64,000 nt of DNA from Gemmatimonadota bacterium (GTDB taxonomy: Bacteria > JBHIER01 > G020348925): the NCBI GenBank assembly GCA_020348925.1, contig CP070758.1, forward strand, positions 3,115,688 to 3,179,687. Direction: 5' to 3'. A program made the translations under genes and the position numbers. The notes below the pieces were generated by a model, which worked only from the letters and a program-made list of their open reading frames with translations, searched no databases and was not told the DNA's origin. Shown piece after piece: positions 1 to 9,140 of this stretch. Numbering within the stretch: the first letter of the stretch is position 1; the number at the start of each line of letters is the position of its first letter.

Positions 1-2
1 AC

Positions 3-530
3 GATACACTGAAGGTGGTCGGCAATCTCCCCTATTCAATCACCACACCGGTACTCTTTTTCCTCCTTCAATGGAAATCCGAGATCGAGAGCATCGTCAT
101 CACGATTCAAAAGGAGGTCGCTCGGCGGATCGTCTCTCCCCCCGGGACGAAGGATTACGGCGCGCTGTCAGTGGCCGTCCAGTACCACACCACCCCGGAA
201 CGGGTCTTCGACATTCCGGCGGCCGCCTTTTCACCCAAACCGAAGGTCGACTCCACCGTTCTCAGACTGGGCATCCGAGAATCTCCCGCCGTCGCAGTGC
301 AAGATGAGGACTTCTATTTCCGGGTGGTGCGAGCCGCCTTCGGGCAGAGAAGGAAGATGCTCCGCAACGCCCTCTCCGGGATCTTCCACCTCTCATCGCA
401 GCAATATAAAACCATTTCAGATCACTCGGGGATTGACATGAAACGGAGAGGAGAAACCCTCAGCCTGGTGGAGTTCGCCAGGCTCTCCGACTCGGTGCTG
501 AAATTTGCTGAAGACTATTCCGACGAATAG
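3..530 (+). CDS. rsmA: 16S rRNA m6(2)A dimethyltransferase RsmA/KsgA, 5'-truncated by the window edge
   Basis: Motifs VGNLPYSITTP, QKEVARRI, YGALSV, F.PKPKVDS, FGQRRKMLRN, RGETLS..EF..L. Confidence 0.95.
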   Translation, partial: DTLKVVGNLPYSITTPVLFFLLQWKSEIESIVITIQKEVARRIVSPPGTKDYGALSVAVQYHTTPERVFDIPAAAFSPKPKVDSTVLRLGIRESPAVAVQDEDFYFRVVRAAFGQRRKMLRNALSGIFHLSSQQYKTISDHSGIDMKRRGETLSLVEFARLSDSVLKFAEDYSDE

Positions 531-532
531 GT

Positions 533-688
533 ATGACCTGTCCGAGATGTAAAACAAAAATGGTGGAAGAGAAACGATCCTTCCACAAGCAGCGGAAATG
601 GATCTGTCCGAACTGTGGGAAAGTCGGTTTTCAAAAGGCAGGAAAGACGCGCGGGCAAAAAAGAACGGGAAATTCGTCTGTACGTTGA
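533..688 (+). CDS. Small basic zinc-ribbon protein, 51 aa (not in the ORF track)
   Basis: Hand translation MTCPRCKTKMVEEKRSFHKQRKWICPNCGKVGFQKAGKTRGQKRTGNSSVR*; CxxC-x18-CxxC; ATG is 2 nt after the rsmA stop. Confidence 0.7.
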   Translation: MTCPRCKTKMVEEKRSFHKQRKWICPNCGKVGFQKAGKTRGQKRTGNSSVR

Positions 689-826
689 GACTCGTGACGC
701 CGGTCGATGGGTGATGGGACTGGCGCATTGCTGTTTGAAGCGTGATGTCCAAAGTCTGTAATTTTTTTATCCGTGTAGTCGCCTCACAAGCCTCAAGAAA
801 CCAGTATCAGGATTCGATATGCAATA

Positions 827-1870
827 TTACGTGATCCTCGTCACCTTCCCCCCCTCCCCTTCGCTCCCCTCCACCTCAAACTTGACGGGCAGGAACTGCT
901 CCACGACCCAAATACAGGTGAGCAGATGCTGTGTGATGCGAGACGTCACGATAGAGGACTGTCCCTGGGCCAGGGCCATGTAGATGACGAGCTGATCGGC
1001 CAGATGCTCGTCAACGGCGGCTCCGGAATCCATGAACTCGAGAAACTGGCGAACCGTGCTCCCGGCGACCTCCTCCGCGGGACGACCCCGCCGTCCCAAG
1101 GTGCTGAAACCGGCCCGGCTGTTTTCGAATTCAGCCCAGAGAAAAAATATCGTTCCGGGACAGGAGGCGGGAGTTTCGAACATCCTGATCTGAGCGTCGT
1201 ATCCTGCCTCCCGAAGAAGTTGATCGCCCTTCCGCCTCTGGCGTTTCGAAATCATCATCGGCAATTTCGAAGAGACGGATAATCCCCGCAAAGCCTCCAG
1301 CGCACCGCGCTGTTCGAGGTGCACCGGAATGAGCTCCTGCAGCGGTTCGACATCAATAGTCACCGTTCCCTTTCCTTTGGGATACCATCCCCAACGGGTG
1401 AGATTCATGCTTCCATGAGCACCCATCTTCAGCACGGTAGGAAGAAAGACATGAAGGAGATAGTGAACCGGGGGGCTCCACTCCACGTGCGTCCCTCCGC
1501 GGATCATGACACGTGATCTTTCAGGTCCATAGAGAAGCGGAGGCAAAAGGGCTTGAAGTATCAGTGTCACCGAACCCGCACTCGACTTAAGATCGGCCAC
1601 ATTAAAGGAGAACTCACCGGAGCGAAGTGTTTTCGGCTCAAAGACAACTTCCATGGAATTGATCTTTCCGCCGACAACAGATGCATTCGTCAAAGCGGCT
1701 AAAGCCTGAACACACATAACATGCTGAGGCTTCAGTCCTGGATTCTTCCTGTTCGCACGAATGTTGACAACACGTACAGGAACCTTGAGTATGCTTGCCA
1801 GGGCCAATCCTGTGCGTAAAATCTGGCCACCGCCCTCTCCGTATGCTCCATCCAACTCAACCATGTTCAC
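827..1870 (-). CDS. rtcA: RNA 3'-terminal phosphate cyclase
   Basis: DGAYGEGGGQILRT, RANRKNPGL.PQH, GGTHV..SPP, GWYPKG.G, DEHLADQL, T.HL.T motifs. Confidence 0.95.
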   Translation of the reverse strand: MNMVELDGAYGEGGGQILRTGLALASILKVPVRVVNIRANRKNPGLKPQHVMCVQALAALTNASVVGGKINSMEVVFEPKTLRSGEFSFNVADLKSSAGSVTLILQALLPPLLYGPERSRVMIRGGTHVEWSPPVHYLLHVFLPTVLKMGAHGSMNLTRWGWYPKGKGTVTIDVEPLQELIPVHLEQRGALEALRGLSVSSKLPMMISKRQRRKGDQLLREAGYDAQIRMFETPASCPGTIFFLWAEFENSRAGFSTLGRRGRPAEEVAGSTVRQFLEFMDSGAAVDEHLADQLVIYMALAQGQSSIVTSRITQHLLTCIWVVEQFLPVKFEVEGSEGEGGKVTRIT

Positions 1871-1885
1871 CGCACCTGTTTCCGT

Positions 1886-3985
1886 TTATGATTCCTCAAC
1901 GCCATCATCCCTTCGCTTCTCCCTGGCAATAAGCATCTCGGCACACATAAGAAGAAAAGCCACCAGCAGAAACTGTTTCCACAGCTCACGACCGTATCTC
2001 GTTCGCAGAACATACTCTTCCACAGATTCCTCTTGATCAACGTTGTGGACCGAGACACCTTGCAACGCCTCCTCAATACGGTCCATCTCTATCCGGGTCA
2101 TATCCGATTCAGAAGGATCCGCATTGACTGCAAAATTCTTGAGATCCTCATGCTCCGTGACCAGACGGTAAATGCCGGGGCTTTCAGTGTGTTCATACTC
2201 AACAAAGAAACTCCCCCCGGAACTCTTGAGCTCTATGGCCCTCTCTTCCCCTGTCGGCTCGATACAGCGCACCCTCTGATGAAATTCCAAACCGCCCACC
2301 TCCTTTCGAACAACAGTTCCTACGAGGTTGTGCTCCTCGATCTCCGAGAGATCGGTCGCCAGGTATTGGACCACTCTGTACAAGAGCGGGACATAGATGC
2401 CTTTCCGCATGAGATTTGTCCACTGAGGATCAGCGGCCGACGTGAACAAGACGGTCCTCCCACGTCCTGTGCGCGTTTCGGCCAAAGCCACTTTTCCGTT
2501 GCTGTAGGAGATGATGGGGATCACCACGGCAGAGGGTTTGACGTCGTATATGAGATAAAATTCCGGGGATTCAATTGTCTCTCTTTTCTGGAGAAGCCCC
2601 TTGAATATCGGATGCTCGCTTTCGATTTGACCGAAGGTAAGAAAACTACTTTTCTCACCTAAGGTCCCAAGAGGAGCCCCTATCGTCGAGGGGAAAAGCG
2701 TCGGCAGAAGCTGTGAATTATAGTAGCGAGGATCGATATCATTTCCCAAAAGGATGACCACGCTTCGACCGCCCTCGACATAGCTCTGCAAGCGAGAACG
2801 TTGCGCTTCACTCAGACGTGGGACGTTGGTTAAGAGTACCACATCAAAATCTCCCAGTGCATACCGGCCTAATTGATCCACGGAACTCACGGTGGGGAGA
2901 ACGAGAGACTGTGACGTTTCGAAGGGATTCAGGGCAAGCCTTAAATAATGGGCATCGGCTTCCCTGCGCCCCACGATGAGGACTCGAATCTTTTCCGGTA
3001 CTGCTATGGAAAAATATTCTCTGTTATCGACGAGAAGATCATCATCTTCAACCTCGACATAACCGGAGATCTGCCCAGGCTTGTCGAAAACAACGACAAA
3101 ATCGGCATTCTGTGTACGGTGCGCTTCAATATCGAGTGTTGTCTGGCCCATTCGTTTCCCGTTGGTGAATAACTGAACCAAAATATTTTCCCTCTTACGA
3201 TCCGAATGGTTCGTCACAACGGCTCGCAGACCCACAGGTTTCCCAACCTCCAGAAGGCGATCGAGAAACGCCACCCCGTCGATACTGATATTCTCGGTCT
3301 GCCCGGAAGACACGGGAAGAACAAAGAGCGTCGCGTCTTCGACGAAGGGCACGGCTTCACCTTGCGCAAGGTCCTGCCAGCCGTTCCGACGCATGTCCGT
3401 GATGAGGTACACCTCTTTGTTGGCATTTCTCGATTGGGCCAACACTTCTGTCGCTGAGATGAGGGCGGATCGCATATGTGTCGTTCGATTGGAGAGATCG
3501 AAGCTTTCGATCGTCTCCCGCAATTCGGTAAAGTTCTGGGTATACTGTTGAAAAGCGGAAACATCGGACACCAGGTGAACCCAAGTTTCGTCACCATTTC
3601 TCAACAGCCCGACAACTTCTTGAGCCCTCCCCCGGGCTATGTCAAAGAGTGTCCCCCTGGGGGTGTTCACCCCCATGCTGAAGGAGTTATCGAGAAGAAG
3701 AACGGCACTCGTCCTAGCTCGCGCACTGAGTCCCGCGGAGAAGACCCCTTTCAAAACAGGCCGGGCAAAGGCCAGCACGACACTGAGAACAATAAGGGTT
3801 CTGAGAAGCAACAGAATCAGTTGGCGAAGTTTTACTCTTCGCATCTTCTGACGCTGGAGCAGTTTTAAAAACTCCAGCGACGAGAAGGATATGATCTTGA
3901 TCTTCTGGCGATTCAACAAATGAATGAGAAGAGGGACCGCAGCTGCGGCCAACGCAAAAAGAAAGATTGTATTCAGAAATGCCAT
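1886..3985 (-). CDS. BatA-domain/vWA membrane protein (N-terminal double TM, vWA, Ig-like, GATase-like, C-terminal TM)
   Basis: PLLIHLL...FSSL.FL...LLLLRTL..LAFARP N-terminus; MIDAS-like LLDNSFSM and ITD; C-terminal ELW..FL...E; follows DUF58. Confidence 0.85.
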   Translation of the reverse strand: MAFLNTIFLFALAAAAVPLLIHLLNRQKIKIISFSSLEFLKLLQRQKMRRVKLRQLILLLLRTLIVLSVVLAFARPVLKGVFSAGLSARARTSAVLLLDNSFSMGVNTPRGTLFDIARGRAQEVVGLLRNGDETWVHLVSDVSAFQQYTQNFTELRETIESFDLSNRTTHMRSALISATEVLAQSRNANKEVYLITDMRRNGWQDLAQGEAVPFVEDATLFVLPVSSGQTENISIDGVAFLDRLLEVGKPVGLRAVVTNHSDRKRENILVQLFTNGKRMGQTTLDIEAHRTQNADFVVVFDKPGQISGYVEVEDDDLLVDNREYFSIAVPEKIRVLIVGRREADAHYLRLALNPFETSQSLVLPTVSSVDQLGRYALGDFDVVLLTNVPRLSEAQRSRLQSYVEGGRSVVILLGNDIDPRYYNSQLLPTLFPSTIGAPLGTLGEKSSFLTFGQIESEHPIFKGLLQKRETIESPEFYLIYDVKPSAVVIPIISYSNGKVALAETRTGRGRTVLFTSAADPQWTNLMRKGIYVPLLYRVVQYLATDLSEIEEHNLVGTVVRKEVGGLEFHQRVRCIEPTGEERAIELKSSGGSFFVEYEHTESPGIYRLVTEHEDLKNFAVNADPSESDMTRIEMDRIEEALQGVSVHNVDQEESVEEYVLRTRYGRELWKQFLLVAFLLMCAEMLIAREKRRDDGVEES

Positions 3986-4047
3986 ACGATGAGTTCACAC
4001 GGGAAAAAGTGTTTCTTGTTTTTCCTCTGGAGACAACACAGAATGTC

Positions 4048-4941
4048 TTAATGCAACCTTTTTCTTTTATTCAAATAGGAGAACAGCGCGTAATCGAAAT
4101 CGACCGATGTATCCATGAGGACGTAATCTATCAGGTCTGCCCGACATTCACGCTTAAACGTTTCGATACGTTCTTTCATCAACTCACGATACTCAGTCCA
4201 AATGTGCCAGGGTTGCGTGGGGAGTTCCTCCTCCGTCTCCATGTCCTTAAATCTGGCTTCGGCCTGATAGGCGAACGTTCGCTCAAAGGGATCGAGCACG
4301 TGAAAAATGATCACCTCATGCTTCTTGTGCCGGAAATGTTTCAAGCCCAGCATTATTTTTTGCGGATCATCGAAAAGATCAGAGATAACGATAATCAATC
4401 CGCGCCTTTTTATGCGCTCTGCGAGTTGATGAAAGGTGGCCGAGACATTCGTCTCCGCGGATGCTGCAACACCGTTCAACTCCTTCAACACAACGTTGAG
4501 ATGGCCCATAATCGATCGTGGAGCGATGTACCGACGAATCCCCGAATCGAAAATCGCCAGACCAACAGCATCGCGCTGAGTCAGCATAAGGTACGTCAGT
4601 GCGGCGGACACATAGGAGCCGTATTCCAACTTTGTCAGGCCGTTCGATTGATAGGCCATCGAGCCGCTGGCGTCAAGCAAAATGTAGGATTTCAGATTCG
4701 TCTCCTCTTCATATTCCTTCACGTAATATCTGTCCGATTTAGCATAGACTTTCCAGTCGATGTGTCGTATCGAATCACCCGGCATATATTGACGGTGTTC
4801 AGCAAACTCGACACTGAACCCATGATAGGGACTTTTGTGCAGGCCCGTAATGAAACCTTCCACCACAAGCCTCGCTTTGAGATCCATGTTCGACAATTTC
4901 GAAACAACTTCAGGGTTGAGGAACCGCCGATAGTCTTTCAT
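4048..4941 (-). CDS. DUF58 protein (MoxR-associated vWA-like)
   Basis: GLHKSPYHGFSVEFAEHRQY.PGD..RHIDWK, KEYEEETN, LDASGSM, VISD. Confidence 0.93.
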   Translation of the reverse strand: MKDYRRFLNPEVVSKLSNMDLKARLVVEGFITGLHKSPYHGFSVEFAEHRQYMPGDSIRHIDWKVYAKSDRYYVKEYEEETNLKSYILLDASGSMAYQSNGLTKLEYGSYVSAALTYLMLTQRDAVGLAIFDSGIRRYIAPRSIMGHLNVVLKELNGVAASAETNVSATFHQLAERIKRRGLIIVISDLFDDPQKIMLGLKHFRHKKHEVIIFHVLDPFERTFAYQAEARFKDMETEEELPTQPWHIWTEYRELMKERIETFKRECRADLIDYVLMDTSVDFDYALFSYLNKRKRLH

Positions 4942-4946
4942 CGTTT

Positions 4947-5951
4947 CTACTCTTTGATTTCCCGCTTAAGATCGTTGATGATACGAACGGTATCGACACC
5001 ATCGGCTTCAGCATTGAAATTCGTCACAATCCTGTGTCTCAAGACGGGGAGTGCGACCCCCTGCACGTCCTCAATGGAGGGACTGTACCGGCCATCGAGC
5101 ACGGCTCTTGTTTTGGCTCCCAGAATCATATACTGAGATGCTCGAGGCCCGGCACCCCAACTCACCCAGTCGTTAATAAACTTCGGGACACCATCATCTC
5201 CGGGTCTCGTGTTCCGGGCCAATTTCACCGCGTACTGGATGACGTGGTCGGACACCGGCACTTTGCGCACAAGACGCTGGAGGGCCACAATATCATCGGC
5301 GCTCAAAATCCGGTTCAACTCCGCGGAGTAAGCGCTCGTCGTCGTCTTCACGATCTCCTCTTCTTCGGATCCACTGGGATAATCAATCCAGATGTTGAAC
5401 ATGAACCGATCCAACTGGGCCTCAGGAAGCGGGTAGGTCCCCTCCTGCTCGATGGGATTTTGAGTGGCCAAGACGTAAAAAGGTTCATGCAGCGTATACG
5501 TCTCTCCGGCGGCCGTCACCTCATGCTCCTGCATGGCTTGAAGCAGGGCCGACTGTGTCTTGGGAGGCGTGCGGTTAATCTCATCGGCCAGAATGATGTT
5601 GGCGAAGACCGGCCCTTTCACAAACTTAAAGGCTTTTCTGCCGGTCGATACATCCTCCTCAATAATCTCGGTACCTGTGATATCGGACGGCATGAGATCC
5701 GGGGTAAATTGAATGCGACTGAATTTGAGATTGAGAACCCTCGCCAGCGTACTGATGAGCAACGTCTTTGCCAGCCCCGGCACACCGATGAGGAGACAAT
5801 GGCCGTTGGCCAACAGAGCAATCATCAGTTCGTGAATAATCTCGTCCTGTCCCACAATCACCTTCCTGATCTCTTGGAGAATGTTCTCGCGAGCCTCTTT
5901 TAACCGTTCGACTGTCTCTAAATCGCTTCCCAATACTTCCTCATGTGACAT
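4947..5951 (-). CDS. moxR: MoxR-family AAA+ ATPase
   Basis: GVPGLAKT Walker A, RIQFTPDLMPSD, LADEINR, ATQNPIEQEGTYPLPEAQLDRF; ATG 5951 preceded by GGAGG. Confidence 0.95.
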   Translation of the reverse strand: MSHEEVLGSDLETVERLKEARENILQEIRKVIVGQDEIIHELMIALLANGHCLLIGVPGLAKTLLISTLARVLNLKFSRIQFTPDLMPSDITGTEIIEEDVSTGRKAFKFVKGPVFANIILADEINRTPPKTQSALLQAMQEHEVTAAGETYTLHEPFYVLATQNPIEQEGTYPLPEAQLDRFMFNIWIDYPSGSEEEEIVKTTTSAYSAELNRILSADDIVALQRLVRKVPVSDHVIQYAVKLARNTRPGDDGVPKFINDWVSWGAGPRASQYMILGAKTRAVLDGRYSPSIEDVQGVALPVLRHRIVTNFNAEADGVDTVRIINDLKREIKE

Positions 5952-6160
5952 GAAATCCTCCATAGTATCAAAGAAAACAAAGATGTGAAAAGAAACGGTG
6001 AAGATGTATTCATACATATAGTACCATGCGAAATGGCCTCTTTTCCTCTGGAACTGAATTGAACCGTTTGAAAAACTTAAGCCTTACGATCCCCTATTCC
6101 AACACACTGAAACGTCTCAGAGTGGTTTCGGTTCCCTTTTTGAACAGGATGCATATATTC

Positions 6161-6198
6161 AAAAAAAACCGCCGGATAGGCATCAGTCCGGCGGTTTT
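6161..6198 (-). terminator. Intrinsic terminator ending the secreted-protein cluster
   Basis: AAAACCGCCGGA...TCCGGCGGTTTT hairpin followed on the minus strand by T8, 22 nt after the stop at 6221. Confidence 0.85.
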
Positions 6199-6220
6199 CA
6201 AATACATTCAAAGAAATATT

Positions 6221-8443
6221 CTACTTGAGCAGCAGCATCGATTTCGTATCGAAAAACTCTCCCGCCTGCAGCCTGTAAAAGTAAACGCCGCTGGCCACAG
6301 ACAAGCCATCCTTGTCCAAGCCGTCCCACGTGACTGTGTACGTACCTGCTTCCTGTTTCACATTGACCAGGGTCCGGATGTGCTGTCCTAAAACATTGAA
6401 CACCTCAAGACTGACCTCATGCACCTGGGGTAAACGGTATTCAATCGTCGTTTCCGGATTAAAGGGATTCGGGTAGTTCTGAACGAGAACGTACTCCTCG
6501 GGCATGGGAAGCTCCGGATGCGGCTCAACGGCTACCCAGACAGTATACGTAATTGTCAGCGTATCGTCGGCCTCAAATTGAGCACAGGTGACATCCCGCA
6601 TGTTGATTTCATCGTTGAGGACGAATTGGCCGTTGGGAAAATCATTCGGATTCCAGCAGATCTCACCCTCGGTACCCTCGGTCACAAGAGTCCACACCAC
6701 CATGCTGTCCAGGGAACTCCGAATATCCGTACAGAGCTGCTTGAAAACAGGGTGATCCAGGGGAAAGTACGCGAATAAATCAGGCGGTAAAGGAGGATGC
6801 GGGGGACACGGAGAATCCAAACCGACGTCGAGCCCCTCAGTGCCACTCGGATCGGCGCCGAAAAAGGCCCTGACCGTGTCATCATGTGCGCTGCTTCCCA
6901 GGGTAAGCAGAATCGCATACGACCCGGCGTTCGGTTCCACATCAACGGACACGCCCCCACTCTCGTTGCCGACTTCATCGTAGGCCGTTACCGTCAGAGT
7001 ATAGATGCAAAGATTGGCCAACCCTATGACCTCATAATAGGAAACATCTCCCACATCAAACTCATCCACTGGGACCCCTGCACTGTCGACGTACACTTTG
7101 TAGCCCCGCACATCTTCGGAGGTACTGGCTGTCCACATCAACGTCACTTTACCATCACCAGCCAGTCCCTGCAAACCGGTCACGTCGGCCGGTGGCGTTT
7201 GATCCTCGTAGGAATAAGTGATCGTGTAGCTCTGCCCTGCTTCAAACTCCATGGAATTGCTCTCTCCCATGTCGACTCCGTCGAACATGATGTCGGCATC
7301 GGGGGGCAGCGCTGCCGTATCCCACGTGAATGTTCCGGCGACACCCTTTGTTTCCAAAGTCCAGATCACCGTCAGGACGGTCGAACTCCGAACATCTTTT
7401 GTGAGTCGGTTTAATACCGCATCAATCGAGAAGTAGGCCTCAAAATCAACTCCAGGCGGTGTGGGTGCTTTTGGCTCATCAAGATCTGGATCAAAATCAT
7501 CCGTTCCATCCGGATCGACCCCAAAAATAAGATCGACGGTAGGTTCCTCAACATCATTGGGTGTGGCCGTCACTGTAACCGACCACGCATCACCAGACGG
7601 CCCGGTCACCACAAACATGCCGTCGACAACATCGGTGGGAATCTCTTGTCCTTCGAAATTGGCCAGGACGACATCTGTCAAAGTGAGGGCATACTCACCT
7701 AAAAGGGCTTCCGATGACACATCAATGTAAAAAATGGCCACAGGACCCGATCCGGGCGCTATCGTATCTCCCTCACGATCAGCAATGACGAGAATAACCT
7801 GACCGGTTCCGTACTCCAGGTTCGCCTCGAAAATACTCATGTCGGCCGCTCTGATCCCGGGCACCACCTCCGTCGGGTCCAGTATATCCGCATCAAAATT
7901 GAGAACGAAGTTCATCCCCGCCAATCCAACTGAGTTATTCATCGTAATCACGACTTTGTTATGCGTCGTTCCCGGATCACCATAACCGTTCTCAACAGAC
8001 ACAGTGGCCTCCATATCTATACCACCGGCACCGCTCCCGTTGAGAGGAACTTCCACCGTCGGCTGAACAGGATCGTTGCTGGTGACGGTCAGTGTTCCTG
8101 TGATCACTCCCTCACTTCCAGGCGTAAAGGAAACCGTAACGTTGGAGGAAGAACCACCTGAAACCGTCACGGTTGTTGGTTCTACGGCGAACGCCCGGTT
8201 ATCCAAGGCCATTTCAGATACGATGAGATCTTCAGTCCCTTCATTCGAGATCGTCAGAGTCCTCTGGGCCGTTTCGCCCACGGTGACCTCACCAAAGTCG
8301 ATGGAGGTCGGATCGAGGAGGATCTCCTGAGCCGGAACAGAACCGGACATGACGACCAATAATACAAAGAGGACCATGAGACAAGCGACGGGCCGTATCT
8401 CTCCCGTGAATCTCCTGTGCTGTTCCTTCATAAATGTGCCCAT
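6221..8443 (-). CDS. Secreted multidomain protein: ASH/Ig domain, cohesin-like domain, two unnamed modules flanking an FN3, FlgD/T9SS-type CTD
   Basis: Signal peptide; IDFGEV..G...LTISN.G...L...FTP...LTV.SNDP; cohesin-like AG.NF.L.FD..IL...GSGPVA...LTL.DVVL; FN3 VTL.WTAS...[25 protein letters not shown]...WDG.D..G..VASGVYFY. Confidence 0.85.
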   Translation of the reverse strand: MGTFMKEQHRRFTGEIRPVACLMVLFVLLVVMSGSVPAQEILLDPTSIDFGEVTVGETAQRTLTISNEGTEDLIVSEMALDNRAFAVEPTTVTVSGGSSSNVTVSFTPGSEGVITGTLTVTSNDPVQPTVEVPLNGSGAGGIDMEATVSVENGYGDPGTTHNKVVITMNNSVGLAGMNFVLNFDADILDPTEVVPGIRAADMSIFEANLEYGTGQVILVIADREGDTIAPGSGPVAIFYIDVSSEALLGEYALTLTDVVLANFEGQEIPTDVVDGMFVVTGPSGDAWSVTVTATPNDVEEPTVDLIFGVDPDGTDDFDPDLDEPKAPTPPGVDFEAYFSIDAVLNRLTKDVRSSTVLTVIWTLETKGVAGTFTWDTAALPPDADIMFDGVDMGESNSMEFEAGQSYTITYSYEDQTPPADVTGLQGLAGDGKVTLMWTASTSEDVRGYKVYVDSAGVPVDEFDVGDVSYYEVIGLANLCIYTLTVTAYDEVGNESGGVSVDVEPNAGSYAILLTLGSSAHDDTVRAFFGADPSGTEGLDVGLDSPCPPHPPLPPDLFAYFPLDHPVFKQLCTDIRSSLDSMVVWTLVTEGTEGEICWNPNDFPNGQFVLNDEINMRDVTCAQFEADDTLTITYTVWVAVEPHPELPMPEEYVLVQNYPNPFNPETTIEYRLPQVHEVSLEVFNVLGQHIRTLVNVKQEAGTYTVTWDGLDKDGLSVASGVYFYRLQAGEFFDTKSMLLLK

Positions 8444-8579
8444 GTTTACCCCTTCCTTTTTAGGTGGAACTTTCCGCTGTTTGTATCCTCAGAACACATC
8501 GAGAATAATCATATTCGTTTGCTCGCTTCACGAAAAGGTGCCACTCTCAACAACACCCCGTCACAAATACCTTCCATCT

Positions 8580-8954
8580 CTATCGAATGACAACCCGTGG
8601 CACCAGCCAAATATTGATCACAAAATACACCAAAATTGTAGCCACAAGACCTCCGGCTACAAACCACATAAATGTTTTCAGACCTTTCAGTTGTTTTTGG
8701 AGACCTTGAGTCCGCTCATCGAATTCCCCTTTCAGTTCATCGATGGCCCGATTGAGTTCCTCGTGAACGTTGATCCGACCCCGGACGTCCTCAATCTGTC
8801 TCTCGATCTCTTCCTTCATTCCGTGAATGTAATCGTTGATATTTGCCCCAACGTAAAAGACGACGTCTTTAGGGTTTGCATTATCCCAGCCTCCCTTGCG
8901 TATCCGATCCAACGCATCACGAACCTGGGGGCTGTCTTTGAAATTATTACTCAT
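8580..8954 (-). CDS. Small coiled-coil protein with a C-terminal TM helix
   Basis: Heptad-rich E/K/Q middle region, hydrophobic FMWFVAGGLVATILVYFVINIW tail; co-oriented with its neighbours. Confidence 0.7.
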   Translation of the reverse strand: MSNNFKDSPQVRDALDRIRKGGWDNANPKDVVFYVGANINDYIHGMKEEIERQIEDVRGRINVHEELNRAIDELKGEFDERTQGLQKQLKGLKTFMWFVAGGLVATILVYFVINIWLVPRVVIR

Positions 8955-9066
8955 TCGAAGAAATCACGAAAACGCAGAGCATCTTCGGTCCGTAAGTTGC
9001 GATACGGTGTGCGTTCCTTTTTCAACTCTGCGGAAGAACCCCACATTCTGCTACCTTTAGGACTGA

Positions 9067-9102
9067 GCCGGACTGCAGAAACCTTCTCTTCTGCAGTCCG
9101 GC
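9067..9102. other. 14-bp stem-loop without a U-tract
   Basis: GCCGGACTGCAGAA-N8-TTCTGCAGTCCGGC, 38 nt after the stop at 9141. Confidence 0.75.
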
Positions 9103-9140
9103 ACCAGCTCCATATCTCAAACACTCTCACCCTGAGTGTT

